From Candidatus Heimdallarchaeota archaeon (GTDB lineage: Archaea > Asgardarchaeota > Heimdallarchaeia > JABLTI01): a stretch of DNA of 15,350 nt. Below the pieces are notes generated by a model that saw nothing but the letters and a program-made list of their open reading frames with translations, did not search any database and was not told where the DNA came from. How positions within the stretch are numbered: position 1 is the stretch's first letter; each line of letters starts with the position of its first letter. The stretch lies in assembly GCA_030614005.1 (NCBI GenBank), contig JAUWKS010000072.1, positions 1 to 15,350 of the forward strand. Reading direction: 5' to 3'. Below are positions 1 through 7,428 of this stretch, piece by piece. The translations under genes were made by a program, and so were the position numbers.

Positions 1-137
1 ATCGTTATGTAAAATTTAAACACAGAAGAGATAACTACAGATAGTAATTATGCCTGTACATATGTTAAAGGAACAAGAGATGGTTTACAGACTTTATTTG
101 TAATCTTTCTGATCTCCAATTTGTCAGTCATCAGAAT

Positions 138-341
138 TTAATGATCAGTAGTTATTGAAGGTTGTTCTTCTGGTTCATAAAAATCTTTTATCTCAACATT
201 CACAATTGCTTTTACAACAGGAGTATCTTCTGTTTCCCCTGATTGGATTTCTTCCTCATTACTTTTTTTTTCGTAAAAATTAGTAAAAACCAATGTTGTA
301 TTTCAGTAATTAATATACAGGATTGCTAAAGTTATTAATTG
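138..341 (-). pseudogene. Possible decayed 3' end of a membrane-protein gene (hydrophobic segment plus acidic tail)
   Basis: The minus frame reads QLITLAILYINY*NTTLVFTNFYEKKSNEEEIQSGETEDTPVVKAIVNVEIKDFYEPEEQPSITTDH*. There is an internal TGA at 303-305, a terminal TAA at 138-140 and no start codon. The composition resembles a TM plus acidic tail. Confidence 0.25.
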
Positions 342-530
342 CGATTTGGTGTTATTATTTCTGTGCTTAAATTATCCACTATATGCTATTACTAGTCTGT
401 TCACTCTCTATGAAGCACATCAAGTATTAACTATAGATTCATCAGTGTTTTGATATTTACTTTTTTCACCTAATCTAACTACAATCATTAAACTTGAACG
501 TATTTTGCAAAAAAAAATCGAGACATAGCA

Positions 531-538
531 TTTATATA
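531..538 (+). promoter_or_regulatory. Candidate archaeal TATA box for the 606-3308 gene
   Basis: TTTATATA lies about 70 nt upstream of the TTG start. An SD-like GAGGT at 594-598 supports the TTG at 606. Confidence 0.35.
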
Positions 539-605
539 AAATGTTCATTTAAAAAGCATTTAATAACTAAAAAGATAATTACAGTCTGTTTCAGAGGTTT
601 ACGAG

Positions 606-3308
606 TTGATATCTAACTATAAAAAAATAACTTTGTTCATTATTTTTTGGTTAATGATATTTTTTACTGTGAAAGATCAAAGTATTGCTCTGGATAACAC
701 TACAATCCTTGAACCAAATTCAATGGCTGCTATAGAAAATTGGAGTTATAATCTTGGTGATGATATAGAATCATCTCCAACATTTGCCGATGTAAATAGC
801 GATGGTCTTTTTGATGTAATTGTTGGTTGTTCTGATAGTCGTCTTTATTGTATAAATTCTTCAGGTGAAAAATTATGGAGTGCTCCTGTGGCAGGTAAAA
901 TAACTTCAAAACCAGCTATTGCTGATTTAGATTCTGATGGTACACCTGAAATTATTGTTGGTTCTATGAATTTGAAACTTTTTTGTTTCAGTCATAATGG
1001 AACCATGGAATGGGTTTATACCACCAATTGGCATGTTGTGGTTTCTCCTACTATTGCAGACTTAGATGCTGATGGTACTTTTGAAATTATTGTAAGTAAT
1101 GCTGATTTTGTATATTGTTTAAGTCATGAAGGAAAATTGGAATGGAAGATTAGCACATTAGGTACTCATTCTTCTGTTGCTGTTGCAGATCTAGACAACG
1201 ATGGCACATTGGAGATTATTGTTTTATCGAGTCATGAAAATCATCTTTTTTGTCTAAATCATGCTGGAGGGATTGAGTGGGAGGTTGCTCATGGGTCCAG
1301 CTCTAATTATCTAATAGTAGCTGATTTAGATGCAGATAACACTTTTGAAATAATATTTGGAAACATTAATTCTGAAATTAGATGTTGCGATCATGAAGGG
1401 AATTTGGAATGGAGTTACTCAACATCTCAAGGTATTTATGCATCTCCTGCAGTTGCTGATCTCAATGATGACGGTGATTTAGAAATAATCATTGGGTCAC
1501 GCGACAATAGTCTTTATTGTCTTAACTCTACAGGTGGTGTAGAATGGATTTATACAACTGGAGCTGATATTAACTCCTCTCCGGCTATTGCTGACTTGGA
1601 TGGTGATGGAGTTTTAGAAGTAGTTGTAGGATCAAATGACAATAAGCTGCATTGTATATCCAATCTTGGCATACAATTATGGACTTTTACTACTGGAGGT
1701 GATATTTACTCCTCTCCAACTATTGTTGACCTCGATAGAGATGGCATTTTTGAAATTGTTTTTGGTTCTAGTAACGACTACCTTTATTGTTTGAGTTTCG
1801 ATGATGTAACCGCTTCAGGTGAAGCTCCTTGGTATTCTCTTGGTGGTTCAATATATAACACTGGACATATTGACAGTGATAGTGATTTATTAGATGACAT
1901 AACAGAGGATTTCTACAATACAAATCCAAATAATCCCGATTCGGAGAACGATGGTTTATCAGATGGCTTGGAAGTAATTATGTTTCATACTAATCCTCTA
2001 GATAGCGATACGGACGGAGATAATCTTTCTGATATTTTTGAAATAAACACTAGTCACACTGATCCAACAAATGCTGATTCGGACGGAGACGGTTTAAATG
2101 ATTACGAAGAGATAAACGATGGTGTTGATGGTTTTATCACTGACCCAAACAATGCAGATACCGACGGAGATGGTGTTTCTGACTTTCAAGAGCTTTTAGA
2201 TGGTACAGATCCTACTGATAATACTGATTTTCGCGGGGATATGCCGGTTTGGTTTTTGCCCACTGTTATTGGTTCATCCGTAGTTGTTGTGATACTGATT
2301 GCAATTAGCATAGCTTTATCCCGAAAGAGGAAAGTAACAACTGAGGGAGAAGAAGAACCTGAACCAGCAATTGATGAGATCAATCTTATTGACATCGAAG
2401 ACACTCCTGAATTAGAGTTTGAAGAAGAATCAACTTTAGAGATAACTCCTACTGTTGAATTTGATGAACTTCCAAAAATTCCTCTTGTTGAAAGCATAAA
2501 ATCGCCAGAGATTTCTTATATTGAAATTAATGATGATTCTCCAGAAATTCTTGCTGATGAAATTATTGAATCTCCTGAAATTACTGATGATGAAATTTCT
2601 GAATCTCCCGAGACCCCAGTGAGTAAAAGTAAAGCAACAATTTCTCACAGTTATTTGAGTGATTTAGTAAATGCTCAAAGTATTATAATCATCAGCAAAG
2701 ATGGCATTCCAATCTTATCTATGAATTTCAGTTTAGATATAGATTCCAGTCTTGTTGGAGGATTTTTAACAGCAATCACTGGTTTTGGTGATGAGATTTT
2801 CACTGGGAAACAACAATCTGAAAGTAGATTCATTCAAATGGGAGAAGAAGGAGGTTTATTCTGGATATTTGAAGGACGATTTGTTCGTTTAGCCTTGCTC
2901 TTTACCAATGCCCCAAATAAAGCTTTTAAGAAATCTGTCTGGGACACTTTGAAAAATTTCGAAAAAGCCTATCAAACTGAGTTGAAAGATTTTTCAGGCA
3001 ACGTTTCTCAATTTGAACCTGCTCAAAGATTGCTTGAAAAATATCTATCTATTCATTATCTTTATCCAATGAAGATAAATGTCCAAAAATTGGATGAGGT
3101 TGAATTAGCTGATAATAAGTTAAAAACAGTCCTTGACAAGTACATAGAAAACTTCAGTGAGGAAGTTACTCTTGATATTCACCAGTTAATTGAGAAATCA
3201 TTTAAAGAACTAAAGAACATCACGTATGATGAAATTCTCACTCAAATAATAACCTTTGTTACTGAAGATATTCTTATCCCTACACCTATTGATTTGAATA
3301 CAGAATGA
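606..3308 (+). CDS. Single-pass membrane protein: signal peptide, 8 FG-GAP/PQQ-like propeller blades, 5 TSP3-like Ca-binding repeats, TM helix, acidic linker, cytoplasmic longin/roadblock-like domain
   Basis: The 900-aa ORF has an N-terminal KK plus hydrophobic stretch, then 8 copies of SP.(I/V)ADL(D/N).DG..E(I/V)(I/V).G....L(Y/F)C....G...W and 5 copies of D(S/T)DGDG(L/V).D..E....T(D/N)P. TM is PVWFLPTVIGSSVVVVILIAISIAL followed by SRKRK. The C-terminal IIIISKDGIPI...LVGGFLTAITGFGDEIF...FEKAY...F.G.V..F pattern is recognised as longin-like. Confidence 0.85.
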   Translation: MISNYKKITLFIIFWLMIFFTVKDQSIALDNTTILEPNSMAAIENWSYNLGDDIESSPTFADVNSDGLFDVIVGCSDSRLYCINSSGEKLWSAPVAGKITSKPAIADLDSDGTPEIIVGSMNLKLFCFSHNGTMEWVYTTNWHVVVSPTIADLDADGTFEIIVSNADFVYCLSHEGKLEWKISTLGTHSSVAVADLDNDGTLEIIVLSSHENHLFCLNHAGGIEWEVAHGSSSNYLIVADLDADNTFEIIFGNINSEIRCCDHEGNLEWSYSTSQGIYASPAVADLNDDGDLEIIIGSRDNSLYCLNSTGGVEWIYTTGADINSSPAIADLDGDGVLEVVVGSNDNKLHCISNLGIQLWTFTTGGDIYSSPTIVDLDRDGIFEIVFGSSNDYLYCLSFDDVTASGEAPWYSLGGSIYNTGHIDSDSDLLDDITEDFYNTNPNNPDSENDGLSDGLEVIMFHTNPLDSDTDGDNLSDIFEINTSHTDPTNADSDGDGLNDYEEINDGVDGFITDPNNADTDGDGVSDFQELLDGTDPTDNTDFRGDMPVWFLPTVIGSSVVVVILIAISIALSRKRKVTTEGEEEPEPAIDEINLIDIEDTPELEFEEESTLEITPTVEFDELPKIPLVESIKSPEISYIEINDDSPEILADEIIESPEITDDEISESPETPVSKSKATISHSYLSDLVNAQSIIIISKDGIPILSMNFSLDIDSSLVGGFLTAITGFGDEIFTGKQQSESRFIQMGEEGGLFWIFEGRFVRLALLFTNAPNKAFKKSVWDTLKNFEKAYQTELKDFSGNVSQFEPAQRLLEKYLSIHYLYPMKINVQKLDEVELADNKLKTVLDKYIENFSEEVTLDIHQLIEKSFKELKNITYDEILTQIITFVTEDILIPTPIDLNTE
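771..1799 (+). repeat. Eight ~44-aa FG-GAP/PQQ-like repeats (predicted 8-bladed beta-propeller)
   Basis: The repeats are counted in the translation: ADVNSDG, ADLDSDG, ADLDADG, ADLDNDG, ADLDADN, ADLNDDG, ADLDGDG, VDLDRDG. Seven are followed by a G..(L/E)W motif; the eighth leads into PWYSLGGSIYNTG. Confidence 0.85.
1872..2231 (+). repeat. Five TSP3-like (DxDGDGLxD...TDP) calcium-binding repeats
   Basis: The units are DSDSDLLDD, DSENDGLSD, DTDGDNLSD, DSDGDGLND and DTDGDGVSD, each followed by T(N/D)P. Confidence 0.8.
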
Positions 3309-3330
3309 AGAAATCAAAGTAAAAGAAATT

Positions 3331-3436
3331 TGGTGCCGAGAGGGAGAGTTGAACTCCCGGCTCAGGAACCACAATCCCGAATGTTGCCAATGTATTTTAG
3401 AAAGAGTGCTTCTAACTAAATTTACACCATCTCAGC
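3331..3436 (-). tRNA. tRNA-His(GUG) with ~30-32 nt D-loop intron; CCA encoded
   Basis: Reverse complement: acceptor GCTGAGA/TCTCGGC, D-stem GTGT/ACAT, anticodon arm CGGGA-TTGTGGT-TCCTG, T-arm GGGAG-TTCAACT-CTCCC, then A73 and CCA. The D-loop region is 39 nt instead of about 8. Confidence 0.9.
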
Positions 3437-3462
3437 TTTTGTAATGGAGAATTATTAAGTGA

Positions 3463-3470
3463 GTATAAAA
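3463..3470 (-). promoter_or_regulatory. Candidate TATA box of tRNA-His
   Basis: TTTTATAC on the minus strand at -34 to -27 relative to G1 of the tRNA, the typical archaeal spacing. Confidence 0.55.
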
Positions 3471-3629
3471 GTCATTCGAAAGAAGTTGAAATTTAAATTA
3501 TTAGAGGTTTTAAAGATTCAAGGATTTCTTCTAATTCCTCTACTTTTCGTATTTGTGTTTCTTGAGTATTATTTGTCAATTTAAGGAGAAAAAAGTACAA
3601 AAAAAATTAAATTAGTTCCAAATTATCAA

Positions 3630-4130
3630 TTGTGCATATCATTTATAGCTATTCGACCACCAATGATTCTTGGTCCAGGTGATGAACCAGCTAAAGCTCT
3701 GATGGAAAATCTAGAAAAAGGACGTATAGTTCTTCTTCGAGGAGGGAAAGGTATCATACCAGTTGTTCATCCTAAAGATGCAGCTAGAGCACACTTATTA
3801 GCTTTAGAAAAAGCAACCGAATTTGACGGAGAGTCTTTCCATTTAGCAAGTTTTCAAGTTCAATTCAAAGATTATGCTAATACCTTCAGCAAAGAGCTTG
3901 GACTAAAATCAGTTAAAATGAAAGCACCTTATTCACTTCTTTATTCAATTGGTTGGTTTTTGGAAATTTTACCAAAAGAGTATGATATCAATCGTTTTAC
4001 TATAAAATTCCTCGGATCAAATACCAAATTAGATGTTAGTAAGATAACTGAAAAGTTGGGATTCAAACCCAAATATGGCTTAGAGCAAACGGTAAAAGAA
4101 ACTGCAGATTGGTACAAATCACTGAAGTGA
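3630..4130 (+). pseudogene. C-terminal half of an extended SDR (NAD-dependent epimerase / 3-beta-HSD-like); Rossmann fold and YxxxK missing
   Basis: AIRPPMILGPGD, VHPKDAARAHLLAL, GESFHLA and LDVSKITEKLGFKPKYGLEQTVKETADWY are typical extended-SDR C-terminal motifs. There is an in-frame TAA at 3582-3584 and no GxxGxxG or YxxxK in the short upstream stretch before tRNA-His. Confidence 0.75.
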
Positions 4131-4137
4131 GTAGCAA

Positions 4138-5334
4138 TTATTTCCTCTTTTTTCTGCTTTTTTCAAATATTTTTATCCACAATAATGCAACTGTGAAAGC
4201 AACTGAAATTATCGCAAGAGATGTATTCTCTATAGTTATTGCTGTTGTGGGTGTTGGAGTATATGGATATTCATTCAACGAAGGCAGAATAAAATCTGAG
4301 ATGAGAGTTGGTACTAAAGTGTGAGTTCTGAATGAGCTTGATGTTACTATTGCAATTAAATCATATTCTGGAAAAACATGAATGATTTGACCTAGGAAAC
4401 CTTCTGCAGAATAGCTATCGTATTGCGGATAAAGCCACCACAAATAACCATAATCAAATGCTTCTGCTGTGTAGTTATATTTAGTTCTAGAAGTACTCAC
4501 CCAATTTTCTGATATTATTTGTTCGGCATTCCAAGTACCATTATTCTGATAAAGAAAACCAAATTTAGCCATATCTTGAGGTCTCAAACTAAGTCCATGC
4601 CCACCGAAATAGATCCCTTGTGGGTCAATATCCCAATAAACATTTTCGATTCCAAGAGGATCAAATAACTTTTCTTGAGCATATGATAATGTTGTTTGCT
4701 CTGTTACATTCTGCAAAATTGCAGATAGTAAATGTGCAGCCCCGGTATTATAATTGAATATTTCACCTGGTGCTGTATCCATTGGTCGATCAAGTAAATA
4801 TTGCACAGGGTCCTCGCTTGTGAAAAATATCGAATCATGTATTGCTTCTATCCAAGCTAAACCCGAAGACATTGTAAGCAAGTGTTCTACTGTAATATTC
4901 TCCTTTGCTGTATCTAAATTTTCGATTACTCTATCAGGGAAGAAACTCAAAAGCGTTTGACTTACTGTTAAGAGATTTTCTTCTACTGCTATTCCTATTA
5001 AACAAGACATAATACTTTTTGTAACAGAATATACTTGATGAATAGCTGTTTCATTATACTCTTGAAAATATCGCTCGAAAACTAAATAGCCATTTCTAAT
5101 TAATAATATGGAATCAACTGAATGCTCTTCATCGATAATATATTGAAGCATACTCTCGAGATATTGTGAGTTCATATTTTCTTCTTCTGGTGTGGATACT
5201 TCCCAACCATTTGTCGGCCAATAATCTCGTTCAACACTTTGATAATTTATTGACTCGATCACTTGGATAAAATTACAGCTTGCTAAAATGAGAATAATAC
5301 TTATTGTTACATAGATAGAAATTGTCCTTTTCAT
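4138..5334 (-). CDS. Membrane-anchored serine hydrolase, beta-lactamase class C / NylB-like family
   Basis: SxxK (YSVTKS), Tyr motif (FNYNTG) and YGYLWW. It has an N-terminal signal peptide and a C-terminal Pro/Thr linker, TM and basic tail (KSRKKRK). Confidence 0.85.
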   Translation of the reverse strand: MKRTISIYVTISIILILASCNFIQVIESINYQSVERDYWPTNGWEVSTPEEENMNSQYLESMLQYIIDEEHSVDSILLIRNGYLVFERYFQEYNETAIHQVYSVTKSIMSCLIGIAVEENLLTVSQTLLSFFPDRVIENLDTAKENITVEHLLTMSSGLAWIEAIHDSIFFTSEDPVQYLLDRPMDTAPGEIFNYNTGAAHLLSAILQNVTEQTTLSYAQEKLFDPLGIENVYWDIDPQGIYFGGHGLSLRPQDMAKFGFLYQNNGTWNAEQIISENWVSTSRTKYNYTAEAFDYGYLWWLYPQYDSYSAEGFLGQIIHVFPEYDLIAIVTSSSFRTHTLVPTLISDFILPSLNEYPYTPTPTTAITIENTSLAIISVAFTVALLWIKIFEKSRKKRK

Positions 5335-5371
5335 AATTGTACAGTTGTCTTCACTATCTAAATTATTTCTG

Positions 5372-5380
5372 AAAAAAAAA
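5372..5380 (-). terminator. Oligo-T terminator candidate after the aldo/keto reductase gene
   Basis: T9 on the minus strand about 13 nt after the TAG-TAA double stop. Confidence 0.45.
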
Positions 5381-5393
5381 GAGAGAGTGTTTA

Positions 5394-6584
5394 CTAATAG
5401 AATTCTGAAACATCTTTCTTTTTATCTAGAATAGCATGAACTTTTTCTAATTCATCTGGAATTTGAATATTTTGCGGACATTTTTCTATGCATTCGTTGC
5501 ATTTCGTACAAATAGAAGCATTTCCATTTGGATTTTCTAAATCTACCCTCTTCGCGTCACCCACTAGTTTCTTGTATTTCTTTCTTTCAGATGTTTTTCT
5601 CAATCCATGATATTGATTAAAATTATTTAATATTGCAAAATTATCGGGAATATTTACTCCATATGGGCAAGGCATACAATATTGACATGTTGTGCATGGA
5701 ACAAGAATATTCTTTCGAAATATTTCCGCAAGCTCATTGATTATCTTGGTATCATCTTCACTTAAGGTATTAATTCCTGATTTATCAGCACTTTGACAAT
5801 TTTCATCTACCATTCTTTGGTTACCCATTCCACTTATAACCAGTGCAACTTCAGGTAAATTCCAGAGAAATTGTAAAGCCCAATCAACCGGTGTTCGTGT
5901 ATTCTTTGCTTTCTTCATCACTTCGATCGCTTCATCCGGTGGATTTGCTAATTGTCCTCCTTTCAGCGGTTCCATTATAACACAGGCAATGCCTTTTTCG
6001 TGCGCATACTTCAAACCGTCTGTTGTTGCTTGGATACCAGTGTCCATGTAATTATATTGAATTAAGCACATATCCCAATTATAAGAATCAACAATTTCTC
6101 TGAAAACAGGTAAGGTATCGTGGAATGAAAATCCTATGTGCTTTATCAATCCATCTTCTTGTGCTTTCTCCATTTTCGCAAATAGATTGAGTTCTTCAAT
6201 TTTCTTGAAATTATTTCGATTAAGACCATGAAAGAGGTAAATATCAACATAATCTGTTTGCAGTCTTTCTAGTTGTTGTTTCAACAATTTATCAAAATCT
6301 TCTGGTTTTCTTACAAACATCAACGGTAGTTTTGTTACGAGTTTTATTTTTTCGCGATAACCGTCTTTTAATGCTTCACCTAGAACTTTTTCACTACCAC
6401 CTAAATGATACAACCAAGCAGTATCAATATAATTAATTCCTTGGTCAATCCCACTACGAATTATTTCAATAGCTTTCTTCTTTTTCACTCCACCAGCCAT
6501 ACCAAATATAGCTGGCAATCGCATTGCACCAAAACCTAGGGCAGAAACTTCCCAATCTAGAGAACCCATTTTTCTGTATTTCAT
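5394..6584 (-). CDS. Aldo/keto reductase with C-terminal 4Fe-4S dicluster domain
   Basis: VSALGFGAMRLP, GINYIDTAWLY, YVDIYLFHGL, HIGFSFH, QYNY and IMEPLKGG are AKR motifs. CTTCQYCMPCP and CTKCNECIEKCP are the Fe-S motifs. The ATG at 6584 is preferred over the TTG at 6593 because the RBS-like AGTGA abuts the TTG and lies 9 nt before the ATG. Confidence 0.9.
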   Translation of the reverse strand: MKYRKMGSLDWEVSALGFGAMRLPAIFGMAGGVKKKKAIEIIRSGIDQGINYIDTAWLYHLGGSEKVLGEALKDGYREKIKLVTKLPLMFVRKPEDFDKLLKQQLERLQTDYVDIYLFHGLNRNNFKKIEELNLFAKMEKAQEDGLIKHIGFSFHDTLPVFREIVDSYNWDMCLIQYNYMDTGIQATTDGLKYAHEKGIACVIMEPLKGGQLANPPDEAIEVMKKAKNTRTPVDWALQFLWNLPEVALVISGMGNQRMVDENCQSADKSGINTLSEDDTKIINELAEIFRKNILVPCTTCQYCMPCPYGVNIPDNFAILNNFNQYHGLRKTSERKKYKKLVGDAKRVDLENPNGNASICTKCNECIEKCPQNIQIPDELEKVHAILDKKKDVSEFY

Positions 6585-6738
6585 TTTAATCAATCACTTA
6601 ATCCTATTTTTGTGCAAGATGAATTTCAATGTGTCCATTTAGAATTGAAAGAACACAATACACCATTGATTTATCATTGAAAAAACATTTTGATAAATAA
6701 ACAAAGCTAAGGAATCTTAGTCCTTAATCCTTTATACT

Positions 6739-6754
6739 AAAAAAAAGAAAAAAA
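6739..6754 (-). terminator. Oligo-T terminator candidate after the 6768-7220 gene
   Basis: T7-C-T8 on the minus strand starting about 13 nt after the stop. Confidence 0.5.
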
Positions 6755-6767
6755 TCAAACAAAGAAT

Positions 6768-7220
6768 TCACTTCTTTAATTTGATTGTCAATTTCTTTCC
6801 TACTCTTTTATATTCTTGAGTCATTCCGAGGTAATCTAGAATAGGTTGATTCATTTCCATAAAGGAATCCAAATCTTCTAGAGTCACACCCCACATTTTT
6901 AGAATATCATCGCTAGGCCAATTATCAGTTTCTACAAAAGCTTCTTTTTCATCGCCATCATATTTGTAGTTATCAGCACCCATTGAAACATAATTCCATG
7001 CAAAATACATTGCTATTGTTCTAGCGGATGCTCCTTTTGCCTTTGCCCATGTGGGAGCACTTATTTCACCCATAAACTTTCCAAATTCCTTAATTGAAAT
7101 ATTCTTTTTCTTTAGGAATGCTATTGCTCCTAAAAAAGGAGTCAAAGCAGCAGATCTACTTCTTTTACCAATTGCTTCTTCAGAAAACATTGTATCTTCT
7201 TTAAGCTCATCTTCAGACAA
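6768..7220 (-). CDS. Hypothetical soluble protein (~150 aa)
   Basis: The open frame has natural protein composition. GGAGG at 7233-7229 lies 8 nt before the TTG at 7220, so the 7235 start in the ORF track is probably too early. No family recognised. Confidence 0.7.
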   Translation of the reverse strand: MSEDELKEDTMFSEEAIGKRSRSAALTPFLGAIAFLKKKNISIKEFGKFMGEISAPTWAKAKGASARTIAMYFAWNYVSMGADNYKYDGDEKEAFVETDNWPSDDILKMWGVTLEDLDSFMEMNQPILDYLGMTQEYKRVGKKLTIKLKK

Positions 7221-7428
7221 ATATTGTCCCTCCAACTTAATATTCTTGAGGTTTTAATATAAATTTATCCTTCAAAGAGATTGCTTTGGTTAGAAATCTA
7301 ACTTTTTAGTTAATTATTATTAGCATTTGTAAAAAAAATTGAGATATCTACAAATATATTTAAAATAGGTCTGCCCTTATTTATTGAATGGGAGATTAGT
7401 TAAAGAACTAGAAAGGAGCTTTAACAAT

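Noticed and set aside
2186-2648. Minus-strand ORFs 2186-2497 and 2436-2648
   Set aside because: Antisense shadows of the 900-aa gene with low-complexity, non-protein-like translations.
4109-4960. Plus-strand ORFs 4109-4324 and 4754-4960
   Set aside because: Antisense to the serine hydrolase; no independent motifs.
4138-5334. Antibiotic-resistance beta-lactamase
   Set aside because: The SxxK fold is shared by many esterases and amidases; no KTG triad typical of true beta-lactamases.
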